A DNA stretch of 64,000 nucleotides from Octopus sinensis (Eukaryota), in contig NC_043003.1 in the NCBI RefSeq assembly GCF_006345805.1, positions 104,470,001 to 104,534,000 of the forward strand, written 5' to 3'. The notes beneath the pieces are model-generated. The model was not told the origin of the DNA. It saw only the letters and a program-made list of their open reading frames with translations, and made no database searches. Below, piece by piece: positions 51,821 through 64,000 of this stretch; position 1 is the stretch's first letter; each line of letters opens with the position of its first letter. The position numbers and the translations under genes are program-made.

Positions 51821-53630
51821 TTTCATATAATGTCCCACATTCTGGAACATTTTTTGTCAAAAATCCATTTTACAAATTTTTTTTAATCCTCTACCCCTGC
51901 ATGCTATACGGCACAATTTAAATGACATTTAGCTGCTACTGGTTACTGGAGCTGTGACTTAATCGAGTAGATGTGTGGAAAAAACTTGGAATTTTGAAAG
52001 AAAGTATAATTTCAGTTTAAAATGGTAAAAAGAACTCTCATTTAGTAAGGAAAATAGTATAATGGAACAAATAGTATTTTTCTTTCTCATCTCTCTAATC
52101 ACATCAACAGTGTGTCCAGCAGCCTCAAAAGGTATATTTCTAATATATTTTTTGTTCTCTCTCTCTACATTTTGTAACTAATTGAATATCTTTTTCTTAG
52201 GGGTGGGGAATCTGGTCAAGAAATATTAAAAGCCTAAACTGAAGGATTAGCAGGGGATTGCAAATATCTTGATGTTTTAGTGTGAAGGGTGGTTTATCTA
52301 CAACTTTGTTGTCTGGGGAAATGAAGAAATGGTATGTAAATTCAATCTCATAGGAGAAACTTACAGAATTTTTTTATTTTTTTTACTCATTTTCAGTCTA
52401 GACAAACAGGCTGCAATATCAATATCCCCATTTGAGCCAGATACTGATCTGTGATGTACACAGAAATGACTGTCACACCTTGGCTCACTGACTTCAATTA
52501 TAAACATTAAGAAATAAACTGAACGTACCTTGACTCATGTGCATGACCTAGTGGTTAGGGTGTTACACTTATGATTGTCAGGTCTTGGGTTCAATTCCCG
52601 ATCCAGGTGGCATGTTGTGTTCATGAGTAAATCACTCGTGTTGCTCTAGTGTTGTCATAAAAGGTGACTAAGACATACTGTAGTTCCTATCGTAAAAGGT
52701 AACTCTAACCTCATAAAAACCCTCACCAACACTGACTACCCAAACAGACCCATTAGTTGGAGGGTTGCCACCTGAGTGTGCAGAGGTATCATCTGCCATG
52801 AGTAGTCGGTAATCACCAACAAACGGTGAATGCAGTTATGCACTGTTACATACTACCACTACCTTGACTCACTTCTCTCAACAAAATCTCTTCACATACA
52901 AAACTAAAGAAATGAAATTCACTTTGGTTCACCTCCATCAACAGAACTAAATCAAATATTGGGGAGACCAACATATCTATACTGGCACACTGCAACTCAT
53001 AATTATTTCCAAACCTTGTGTTTGCATAGCATTGTCTTCAGTGGGATTGGATTAGAACTAGGGAACGCATCTAGCTATTCCACAAACTACCTCCATACCA
53101 CTAGGTATTTAGGGCTCAATATGAGAATGGAAGAAGGAAACATTTGGTGAATTTTATTAGGGAAAAGAAAAAAAGCCAGTGATCATCATTATTTCTCTCT
53201 TTTGGCAACCCTAACCCTAATCTAAGATAATTTATTGATAAAATAATTTTCTGTTCATGTCTATCGTGTGAACCTTGGAACTATTTATTTGTGCTGATTT
53301 GTACATTTATAACTGAGATTTATCACCTGTTCATCAGGACATCTGTCTGTTCTGTGCTGATCATTATGACCTGTTCACTACTTTCACCTAACATATGAAG
53401 ATTTTGAAGCACTTCATTACTACAAGGTTATCATAGCTAAGGGCACTCTCTAATTGTGTGTGTGTATATGAGAATACAAGGGTTGTATATAAATGATATA
53501 TTAATAATATAAGGGTAAGTAATTATTAATTTAAAAAAAAAAACCAACAATTATTTCTGGGTAGATTTCGATATGAAAATATAACCATTATTGGTAGGAA
53601 CTTTTTAAAAAAAAGTTATATATATAAATA

Positions 53631-53964
53631 AATAAAAAGGGGCAAGCAACAGGTTGCTTAGCCACATACTGAAAAATTAGAAATAGCAGTCGAAGGAGGT
53701 ATGTATAGCATTTGCAAAATCTATTTAATGGAATGTTGCGCCGAAGAAGGAAATGAATTGATTTTAATTCTAATCCAGAAACGCATCCGTAACTAACCGA
53801 AGACTTTATTTTCGTTATTTTTTCCTTCTGTTTTACATATGTGAGTCACATGTATATGTTGTATGTGGAGTTATATTTGTAAAAAATAGAAATAAGCGGT
53901 CTTTGACTGCTATTTCTAATTTTTCGGTATGTGGCTAAGCAACCTGTTGCTTGCCCTTTTTATT
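53631..53964. mobile_element. Inverted-repeat element (~65-bp arms) in TA repeats with a central hammerhead-like motif (53735-53797)
   Basis: Arms 53631-53695 / 53901-53964; CCGAAGA-AGGA...TCC-A-GAA-ACG-CATC-CGT-A. Confidence 0.65.
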
Positions 53965-54555
53965 CATATATATATATAGGTGCATTGTAGGCTTTGTAGT
54001 TTAACTTTGAATTTAAGAACAGAAGCAATCTTTAGATTTATAACAATCCTTTCTTCTATAGGCACATGGCCTGGAATTTTTTAAGGGAGCGAGGCTAGTC
54101 AATTACATCAATCACAGTGCTTGACTGGTACATTATTGACCCAAAAGAATAAAAGGGGTACTTTATTGACTATGAAAGGCAAAGTCAGCCTCACTAAAAT
54201 TGGGACACATTGCAAAAACAGATGAAGCGCTGCTAAGCATTCTGTCCAGCATGCTAACAATTCTGCCATCTTGCTGCCTTATTTATGACGGATCATTTGG
54301 TGAATGAAGCAATGGTTTTGATTCTAATTTCCTGAGACTTATAATCAATGTTGTTTGGTTGAGCAGATCCTTTATATAAGGCATGCTAATAGAATATTCT
54401 AAAAATATCTTGTCTTTTTAATTTGACACTGTGGTTAAAAAGTTTCCTTGTTAAAGCATTTAACTGTTAATTCATTGATTCTAAGATCAAACCCATTCCA
54501 GACAAATTTCCTGTTTACTGCATTCATCTTATTGTTTGGGAGTTCATATCATTTC

Positions 54556-54564
54556 TTCCGGGAA
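54556..54564. promoter_or_regulatory. GAS/STAT consensus TTCCGGGAA
   Basis: Exact TTCCNGGAA match, 125 bp upstream of the first TRAF coding exon. Confidence 0.3.
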
Positions 54565-54688
54565 TTTTACTAAATTCCTATTAAAAGGAGATTTGCCTCT
54601 TTTATCAGTTTAACACCATGAATCTAAATCATATGATTAGTCTTAAAAGCTATCACAGTTTTAAGATTGTTATATTTTGCTATTGCAG

Positions 54689-54843
54689 ATGATGTCGCAC
54701 ACTTTTGATGAAGAGTTTGAATTAAGTTTAAAGGATGTAAATCAGAGATTCATTTGTCCCATCTGTTTAGCTTTGATGTCGAAACCAATGCAGACAAAAT
54801 GTGGCCATCGTTTCTGTAAGAAATGCATTTCTGGTGTCATTGC
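54689..54843 (+). CDS. TRAF6: TRAF6-like exon: RING N-terminal half
   Basis: tattgcag|ATGATG...ATTGC|gtaagg; CPICL...CGHRFCKKC. Confidence 0.92.
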
Positions 54844-57800
54844 GTAAGGATCAAATTTCTATTTTATATTTATAGTTTAATAGAAAGCATACTAGTTGGG
54901 AGGTTAGTGTTGCTGGATTACTGGATACGCAGTCGTGAGTTCAAACCATACCATAAACACTGATTTGTGCTCTTGAAAAAAGTCATGACACCCAGATAAG
55001 CAAAGTAAGTTTTTCTTTCCAGTGTTTTAAAGATGAATAATTAGCAGTAGGAAGTGCATCCAACCTATTTTGTTGTATATGGTTATTTCCAATGCCGACA
55101 TAAATGAAAATACTGGAGTTTGGAAGAATAATCTGTGAAGTGTAATTTTTACTCATCATCATCGTTTAGCATCTGCTTTCCATGCTGGCATGGATTGGAC
55201 GGTTTGACTGAGAACTGGAAGGCCAGGACACTGCACCAGGCTCCAATCTGATTTAGCAAAGTTTCTACAGCTGGTTGCCCTTCCTAACACCAACCACTCT
55301 GAAGGATAATCAGCAAATTCAAATTTGGAAGACAAAGACCTGGATGAAATACTTCAGGGTGTTGTGTCCCCCTCACTAGAGACTCTGCCAATCCACCACC
55401 ATTTATGATTTAAGCACAAAACCAGAAAGTGGTAAATCAACTACATTGGCTCCAATGCTTGGCAGGTCCTCCCAAGCTAATATTCAGCATCATCCCCTCC
55501 TGCACTCTTGTTCCTCATTTGCAGTATTCAACTACGTCTCCATCTCTAGCCATCTGTCACTCTTTTTATACTCATCAACTTACCTCTCTGTCCACCGTTT
55601 CCAATCCTCTCTGTTTTTCTTATATTCCCTTTCTTACACCTTGATGCTTCTTACTCTGACACTTCATCACCACAACCATTTTTTTCTCACTTTCCACCCA
55701 GGGTGGCCATGTATCTCCTCTACAGTAAGACACATGTTCCTCTGCCTCTATCATAGTTTAACCTCTCAACACTTAGTATAAAGCCACCTCCTTCAGTATT
55801 ATAACCCAGCTAAAATGGTGGTGGTGGGGTTTTGTCTTGCTAGTAACTCTGTGGCATCACTATTACTGGTGCCAGTTATACATTGTAAAATGATTGACTT
55901 TTAGAAGGGCATCTAGCTGTAAAAGCCATGTCCTTTGGATAATCAGATCCTTTCAAGTCATCCAACATGGAAGAGAGACATTAAATGATGATGGCCTCAA
56001 AAAGATAAAAAGCAAAGTTAACCTTAGTGATATTTGAACACAATATAAAGGGTTGTAACTAAATCCCAGAAAGTATTTTGTCTGATACTCAGTTTGTCTG
56101 ATACTCACTGTTTTGCCAATCTGCAATCCTCTTTATATTACCAATTGAAACTTTCCTCAGTATGTTAAATAATTTTCCTTTACAGGGGTCGTGATCGAGT
56201 AAAATGTCCTGTAGACAACAATTTCTTTTGGGTTCAATCAGATGTAAGTTCTCATATTCATTTATTCACTATTTGAAGTTCAAAATGACTCTACTTCTGG
56301 CAGCTCGAGCTTAATTCCCAATTTCTTATATAAACAATTCAACTATATCTGATGACAATGCAAAGCAAGAATGAAGTACAGCTTTTTCTTTTTTTTTTTT
56401 TTTTTTCTGTAAATAATTTCCAGATACAGAATACTCTGAATGTTAAATTATTCTAACAAATTATATTAAAATAGCAAACATTTTCAGAAAGAAGAGTGTG
56501 TGTGTGTGTGTGTGTTTAGGATTTGGTTCACTGAACCACCATGTTTGCTCATAACATACAAACAAGTTAATATTTTGAAACATTTAACTGAAATGACACA
56601 TCTTCCAGTTAACATGTGATTATCCCATTCTTATTAACAAATAAATTACAAAACATGAAAAATAGAAGTATGAAAGTAAAGATTTTTCACACTAGAATCA
56701 TATATCTTGGTGTACAAGAGAAACCTACTTTATTCATTATGGTAAAAGGTCCTATTTGCATGCATTCTCTTCAGGTTTAGTTTTTATAAATTTAAAAATT
56801 TTCTTCCTGTTTGCTTTCCATATGGAATTTGTGCTTTCTGATGCTGCTAGATTTTCTTCCTTAACCAAATAAATTTTTAAAATTAAGAGATTATAATGAA
56901 GGTACATCTTTTAACAGCTTTTCATCGACCAGGCTTTTGAGAGAGAACTTAATTCCTTACTACTCAGTTGCCCTAATCAGAGAAATGGCTGCTTGTGGAA
57001 TGGGGAAAAAGATGCATTTAAGGTGCGTTAGATGGAAGTTTAGATTCAGAAATTTATCAAGCATGTTGTTTTGTCTTTTGTTTTTACTTTTAAAATTTTT
57101 GTTAATATAACTTGAAGTGTTTTCATAATCCAATGAAAATTAGGTGAGAACTGGAATTTTGAAAAGCAACAAAATATTTGAAATGCAATTTTAAAAATTA
57201 AAATGAATTTTTTCATTGAATTTAATATTGACTTCTAATTTCAGTTAAACAATCTTATTTTACAACCAATCTCTCTAACTTAAGTTCATGGAAACAAATT
57301 TTTTAAATGAAGGAAAACCGACTGCAAAAGTAGATATAAAATTCTCATATTGTCATGTTTGTGATTGTTGAATAGGTGATACTGCATGTAGTCTTCTTCA
57401 TATTCTTGCATGTAATAGTCTTTCCAGAGAAGCTTAACTTAAAGAACTGTCTGGAGAATTCATACAAACTGTGGCCAGGAATTTGGAACAGACAAATCCA
57501 AACTCTTGTTTTTTGGAGGACATAAATGTCACCGAGTGGTGTCAATCCCCACACACATATATGCATGTCCTCTTTTACATGCATTTCACAGACTTCTGTA
57601 CACTTTCTATTTACCCAATTTCACTAACAAAGAATCAGTCAACTTGAGGTATTACTCATAAATTTTGTCAAACCTATAACCACGATTATAAAGTGAGCTT
57701 CTTAACTGCCTGGCTGTCTGTGCCATATTCATAGAATAATAGATATTAATTCTTTGTGGAGCAATAAAAGAATGGAATTTTGTCAAATTAACTACAGGTA

Positions 57801-60800
57801 TTATTTTAGTGACATAGTTAATGTGACTAAAGTTAACTCTGGAAAGGACATGCAAAAAAGTTCCAATATATTTAGTATGATGGGCTATCAAAAAGTAAAT
57901 ATTTGAATATAAAATCATATTTTAGTGAATTTCAAGTTTGTCATAAATAGGAACGCCATAACTTTTTTAATGATTAACAGCGTTAAGTACAGCCAGAGGT
58001 TTTTTTGGGGGGTGGGATTCCTATGCTTGCAAAACAGTAAAATAATACGATAAAACTAACTTGGAATTGGGTAGAATAGTTTGGGAATGCTTTAGTATAT
58101 TAAATAATACAGAGCAGATTCAAATAGTGTTAAACTCTTTTGACCACTGATATTTTAAACTTAGTGTTGATCAAATTGATTAAATAAAATTTTCTAAATT
58201 TAAATAAAATAAATTTTTCAACAGATATCTCAAACCTCTTCGAAAGCACTTGCTTTTAATATCTTCCACCTAAACACTTTAAAATTTTGTAAATATATAT
58301 TTAGCATTCAGTCTTAGTTTACAAAACCAAAAATTAAATGCAAATCTTGAATATTTTCTTTTTTATTCTTCTAATAGTCTCATGTCACCAACTGTCAATT
58401 TGTATTCATAAATTGTGAGCTGTGTGGTAAAGATGTCCTCTCAAAGACGTTTGCAACACACAAAAGCACAGATTGTCCTTGTAGAAGTGTTTTGTGTGAA
58501 CTTTGTGAAGAAGAGGTACCATATAACAATAAATTGGTAAGACATATTTTCATTTTTCAAGTATATTATCATTTAAAAATCAAAGAAATGTAAAGATGTA
58601 CATTATTATTAAGTTAGTGAACTGGAAGAATTGTTGTCACTCAAAATGTTTAGTGACATTTCTTCTAGCTCCCTGATTTATGAACTCAAATTTCAGGAAG
58701 GTTGACTTTGCCTGTCAGCCTTTCGGGGTTGATAAAATAAAGTACCAGTCAATAACTGGGGTCAATATCATTGCCTTACCCACTTCCATTAAAACTGCTG
58801 GCCTTGTGCCAAAATTAGAAATAATTAGGTTCACTAAAAGTACCAGTAATATAACTCATCATTTTAAAGGTCACATTTTCAATGCTTGCATAGGTTATAT
58901 GTCTTATTGAGGCAGTTTTTCTATAGCCACATGTCCTTATCACCAACCCTCATTTGTTTCCAAGGTACTATTTCTCCTAGCCTTTCAAAAGATGAACAGC
59001 TTAATGGATAGAGATGTTTCTGTGGAAGATGTAAAGGTGACATTTTTATGGAGGTTATAGATTACATCAACACAATGAGAAGATACATTCACATAAAATA
59101 TAATACACATGACAGGCTTTTTCCATACAGATTGTTTACCAATTCTACTGAACCTTGCCTACCATGTCACACAGTGGAGAGAGACTTGAAACCTGTTTGT
59201 GAAATGAACTCTTTAACCATGCCTTGGTAGAGTATTAGGCAAAAATGCTTTGTAGTATTAAGTTCTTTTCATTCTGAATTCAACTATCTTCCAGGGGTTC
59301 ATTTTTACCTTTCATTCACCTAGAGTTGACAAAATAAGTACTAACATATCTATATCCACCCACCACAAAATGTGCCCCGTTATTTAGAAATGAATAATTT
59401 ATACAACCATTACTGATTTTTGAAAAAAAAATGTGATGAGGGTAGCAATGATTAAGACGGTGGTTATAAAGTGATGCAAGCAATGAAGTATCTTTTGATA
59501 AACAACCTACATCTGATAATGAGACAGCTGATACCAGGGTGTAGGACTGGGAAATGGGGAAATAAAGGTTTTGATGTTTTTCATAATGTAAAACTATGAC
59601 CATTACTTGCAGTTGAGGATTCTATGAAGCCATAGAGTCACAAACGCCATACTGTGAATAATGGAGGATAATGGTTTGGGCAGCCATTTCTTGGAATTCT
59701 TTTGGTCAAATTGTTGCCTACATCGTAAGATCAACGGCACTGATTATCTGGATATTTTGGGAAATCAAGTCCTTCTCATGGTCCTGACATTATTCCCTGA
59801 TGGTGAGTGCAGCTTCCAAGATGACAATGTTCCAATAACCTCTTAAGTGGTTAAGAACTGGTGTGAAGAGCATAGTAGTGAGCCACAACACATGGAGTGG
59901 TCCCTTCAATCTCCAGATCTTAATATTATTGAGCTTCTGTGGTGCATCTTGGAGCAACAAGTTAGAAGTTGTTACCCTCCACTGTCATGTCTGCGACACA
60001 TGGAACAGGTTTTACAGGAAGAGTGGCTCAAGATTCCTCTCAATGAAGTTGGGAAGCTGTATGAATCAATTCCTAGATGCATCGAAGCTGTTCAGAAAGC
60101 TAAAGGAGGACCAACTCCATATTAAATAAATAAATCATTGAATTTAACACGTGTTCCAATTATTTTATCCAACCCCTGTATATTGGGTCAACCCATAAAT
60201 AATGCAGTTTTTTTATACTTTTATTTTTCAAAATTAAGATAAAGTTCTTTTTTAATCTAAAATATACTTTCCTTCATATTCTGCAATGCTCTTCCATCTA
60301 TCTGGTATTTTTGCAAGGCCCCTCTTCTAAAATTCACAAAAAATACTCCTCCAGTACTGTTCTGACCTCTCTACATAATTCATATTCTTTTCCATCCAAA
60401 TGATTTTGAAGACCGTGGAATAAAAGATAATCAGATGGGGCAATGTCTGATGAATATGGTGGAGGTCATTGTATACAGTTCAAACTGCTCCAGCCTTTGG
60501 AATGTCATCCTTGCTGTATGTGACCAACCATTATCCTGATGGAAGTACACCTTTTGTCTCGAATCCAAAGATAATCGTTTTTCATCTAGTACTAACTTAG
60601 ACTGCTTGCAGTAGATCTCCTTTGTTATCGTTTGGTTTAGGTTTAAAAGTTCAAAGTGGACTTAACCTTTTACATCCCACTTGGAAAGTTTGTGAGGAAC
60701 CCATTGACCCAATTTACTGACTTTTCAGATGGCACGCAGGTGTCAGTGACTGGCTGAATGACCAAATCTCTGCTAGTTTGTCAACAGTTACAATGGGATT

Positions 60801-63800
60801 TTGTTCCACCAGGGCTTGCAGGACATCCTTGTCAAGCTCTGCTGATCTTCCAGGATGTGGTTCATCTTCTAGACTATAGTTTCTGGCTCAGAATGTCAGG
60901 AACCACTGTTGACACTGACTTACGCTTATTGTCCAATCCCCATATACTGCATTAATATTCCTCACACTTTCCATTGCATTGTTGCCTTTGTTGAACTCAT
61001 AAAGCAAAATATGCCGAATGTGCTCCTTTGTCACTTCCATTATAGCTTTGAAAAAATAACTGTTAAAATCGAACTGCACTCTTCAAAACTTGCACTAAGA
61101 ATAAGCACAAGGTAAAATTACTACCTGCTTTTATAGCAAATTGATGCAGGTAGTTTATCCTGTCTCTCTTTGTTGCCGAGTTTACACTTACATATCATTA
61201 TATATTAGAATTAACATATAATCAAATATTTTTCAGCAACAGCTGTGTGTGGGTATTTCCTCAGGTGAAAAATATTTAATTATGTTAATTCTAAAAAATA
61301 ATCCTATATCAAGATAAACTCAGTAACTTAAAGTTCAGGTCTGATGCAGAGACAAATATTGTGATTTGTTATTAAAGCCTGATATTTTCCATCCTCATGT
61401 TATAATACTTTTATATTCTATACAATATCAAAATTCCACATGTTTATCCAGACTTGGAAAATATCCTGGCACCAGTTTTAACACTTCTGTTGTGGAGTAT
61501 GGGTCTTCTTGAGTACAGCAAGGCACCAGGCATCTCATTCCTTTGTCAGGGGTAGCTAATAACAGTATAGGAGCTCTGAAATGCATGTTGAGGGTATCTC
61601 AATTATACTAAAGCTATATATATATATATAATCATCATTTAACATCTGTTGTCCAAGCTGGCATGGGTTGGACAGTTTGACCAAAGCTGAGGAAGTGCAC
61701 CAGACTCCAGTCTGATTTGGCATGGTCTCTATTGCTGGATGCCCTTCCTGATGCCAACCACTTTACAGTGTGTGCTTTTATGTGGTACCAACACAAGTGC
61801 TTTGCTCCACCAGAGGTACCAGTCTTAACACTTCTGCTGTAGAGTACAGGTCTTCTTGAGTACAGCAAGGTACCAGGCCTCTCTCATCCCACCTATCAGC
61901 TGAGATGACAAGGGAGGTTGTTCTCCAGTACTTCATTCCATGTCTTCCTGGGTCTCCCACTTCCTTGTGGAACTGTTGGCATCCATCCACATCACATGAC
62001 CAAACCAGTACAGCCTTCTCTCTTGCACACAGCATCGAATTCCTCTTGTGCCCTAAATTCTCTCATTCCTTTCTAACCTTCACATGTCCTCTGCATTCAT
62101 GTAGAATTGCTGTTCATATATATATATATACATCATACAATCTTCCTTTCACTCAGAGAGAAACCTTTTGTGGCCAATAGAGGTGAGAGCTCTCTGAATT
62201 TCCTCCATCATATTCTTATTTTAGCTATCACACTCGCCATGCATCCTTCCCCACTACTAATTTGGTCCCCTAGGCAGCAGAAATTTACTACCTCCAATGA
62301 GCCACCAGGGCATTTCAAAGAAACAATTTCCCGAGTCTCTAAAGTTTTTATGGACCCAGTGCATCTTATATTGTGTGTGATAACAATGAAGTACCAAGAG
62401 ATCAAAGTGGAAAGAAACTATAGAAGACCAATGGAGACATGGGCAAAGAGGATGAAAGCTGATCTGAAGATGATCATGGCCCTTGCAAAGTAATACAAGA
62501 AGTAGTGGGAGGTTGTATTGGAAAGGACCTATCCAACCCAGGCAAGCATGCAAAAGTGGGCATTTAAATAAGGACAGGGACATACTCATGTATTTACAAA
62601 TGAGGGAAAAGAATTACTCAACATGAAGCAGCTCCTACATGTGCAGAGGTATATTGCTTACTTAATCAGAATGTGAAAGTATTACTACTCATAAATTTTG
62701 CATACTGGACAAAATGCTTAGTGGCATTTCATCCTTCTTTACAGCTTTAGTTCAATTTCTGCCAAGGTCAACTTTCTGCCAAGGTCATCCTTTCAAGGTT
62801 GATGAAATAAGTACCAGTTGAGCATCGCAGTTGATGAAATCGATCAGCTTTTTCCTCAAAATGTCTGGCCTTGTGCCTATAGTAGTAAAGTTTATTACTT
62901 ATGAATTTTGTCAAACTTAACAGATAAGGACATGGATGAAATGCAAGCTACATAGAACAGCTTTTCTCTACTTTCCACCTCACCAAGGTGGAGTGGGGCT
63001 TTTAGCATCATCCCCAACTCTTTCCCAACCTTGTAGACCTTAGATTACCCCTAGTTCCTAAAACTTATGTTCATCACTAGATAAGCAAAATAATGTTCTA
63101 TACTTACATTTTGTTCTTTAAAATTCTCATTAATACTGTGAAAAATGCCTGGCACTGTGGTAAATATATCTCCCCAACCTTCAAAAACTAAGGCCTTAAG
63201 CCTACATTAGAAGCATTTATTATAGCAAAGACACAGTGGAATTATAACATGTGGATGGATGAAAGCAAATGTCCCAAGGTGCTGTGGTGAATTTGAAATT
63301 GATCAAATAAACACCAGATGTGATTTTGAGTTGTTTTCATCAATTGTATTCTGTTACAAATGTTTAGCTCTGTGACAGAAACAGCAAAATGCTGGACTAA
63401 ATATGTTAAGTATTTCTAGCTCAAGATTAGGAGTCTAAAATCTGACCAATGTTGTATTTGCCTTTCATTTCTCTAAGGTCATTTAATTGGTTCCAGTATG
63501 TATGACTGCTGAGTCAATCAGTTATATATCCCCTCTCGTGTTTTGAGTTCTATTTATTCTGTTAGTACTACCAAACCTATCCTCTCTGGTAAATTTGTGG
63601 TTCTGTACTAACGTAAGAAATTGTCTTAAATTATAATTTTCAGAAACATCAAGTGTTGAGCTGTGAGTTATTTCCTGTTGGTTGTCCCCAGTGTGGTCAG
63701 AAAGGTATCCGAAGAAAGGACATTGCTCAGCACATTGACCAAGCATCTGGCCATTGTCCTCTTACACTTATTCTTTGTCACTATCAGCCATTTGGCTGCA

Positions 63801-63808
63801 CACACATG
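54689..63808 (+). CDS. TRAF6: TRAF6-like E3 ubiquitin ligase (RING + TRAF-type zinc fingers), N-terminal part; join(54689..54843,56186..56243,56918..57022,58378..58536,63644..63808); continues beyond the window
   Basis: Five GT-AG exons in frame (phases 2,0,0,0,0): FDEEFE...FICPICLALMSKPMQTKCGHRFCKKCISGVIA|GRDRVKCPVDNNFFWVQSD|LFIDQAFERELNSLLLSCPNQRNGCLW...|SHVTNCQFVFINCELCGK...HKSTDCPCRSVLCELCEE...|KHQVLSCELFPVGCPQCG...HCPLTLILCHYQPFGCTHM. C3HC3D RING with KCPVDN as in TRAF6. Ortholog versus paralog is unresolved without the MATH domain. Confidence 0.88.
56186..56243 (+). CDS. TRAF6: TRAF6-like 58-bp exon: end of RING
   Basis: cctttacag acceptor, GAT|gtaagt donor; GRDRVKCPVDNNFFWVQSD. Confidence 0.9.
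56918..57022 (+). CDS. TRAF6: TRAF6-like exon: linker helix and zinc finger 1
   Basis: ttttaacag acceptor, AAG|gtgcgt donor; LFIDQAFERELNSLLLSCPNQRNGCLWNGEKDAFK. Confidence 0.9.
58378..58536 (+). CDS. TRAF6: TRAF6-like exon: TRAF zinc fingers
   Basis: ttctaatag acceptor, TTG|gtaaga donor; HxxxC-x6-CxxC...HxxxxC-x6-CxxC pattern. Confidence 0.92.
59640..60180 (+). mobile_element. Tc1-family transposase 3' remnant
   Basis: FQDDNVP, WSLQSPDLNIIELLW, RCIEAVQKAKGGPTPY*; ends CCCCTG|TA. Confidence 0.88.
60181..61160 (-). mobile_element. Decayed mariner transposon abutting the Tc1 end
   Basis: EHIRHILLYEFNKGNNAMESVRNINAVYG N-terminus; PPYSSDIAPSDYLLF. Confidence 0.85.
61900..62380 (-). mobile_element. 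RTE LINE RT C-terminal fragment (related piece at ~5520-5760)
   Basis: LEVVNFCCLGDQISSGEGC...WRKFRELSPLLATKGFSL. Confidence 0.75.
63644..63808 (+). CDS. TRAF6: TRAF6-like exon: TRAF zinc fingers
   Basis: aattttcag acceptor, ATG|gtatgt donor; KHQVLSC...CPQCG...HIDQASGHCPLTLILCHYQPFGC. Confidence 0.92.
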
Positions 63809-64000
63809 GTATGTAAAGTCATTCATTATTTTGACTCTTTCTCTTATACTCCCATTTCATAACATCTCTTAACTCTGTTCTGCTTGTCCAGCTTGCCTGT
63901 CCATCATTCAGAACCTCTGAGATTAGCCACTAAATATTTACTCCAGCAGCAAAATGTCTACATTTGTAGATCTATTCAACTCATCTCAATCATTGATAAA

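Noticed and set aside
53208-53222. CCCTAA telomere-like repeats (also ~10946-10958)
   Set aside because: Only two units each; the ~10946 pair lies inside a MITE; not a telomere.

Overview
AT-rich, repeat-dense eukaryotic DNA. The SINE, Penelope and microsatellite content looks cephalopod (Octopus-like); that is inference. Two split innate-immunity genes lie head-to-head. On the minus strand is a class I NF-kB (p105/p100/Relish type) with five in-phase coding exons (23352-23211, 16801-16662, 13298-13147, 11848-11712, 5107-4946); no later exon was found, so it probably continues beyond the left edge. On the plus strand is a TRAF6-like RING/TRAF-zinc-finger E3 ligase with five in-phase coding exons (54689-63808), continuing beyond the right edge. 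A candidate non-coding NF-kB first exon (~41233-41320) has a perfect kB site just upstream, and a candidate bidirectional promoter lies near 50.0 kb. The rest is transposon material: a head-to-tail Helitron pair, piggyBac, mariner/Tc1, pogo, Merlin-like MITEs, RTE and Tx1/L1 LINEs, tRNA-SINEs, two Penelope-like elements, and five hammerhead-ribozyme-like motifs in Penelope-related repeats. Most ORFs in the supplied track are spurious. All calls were made by eye without database searches.
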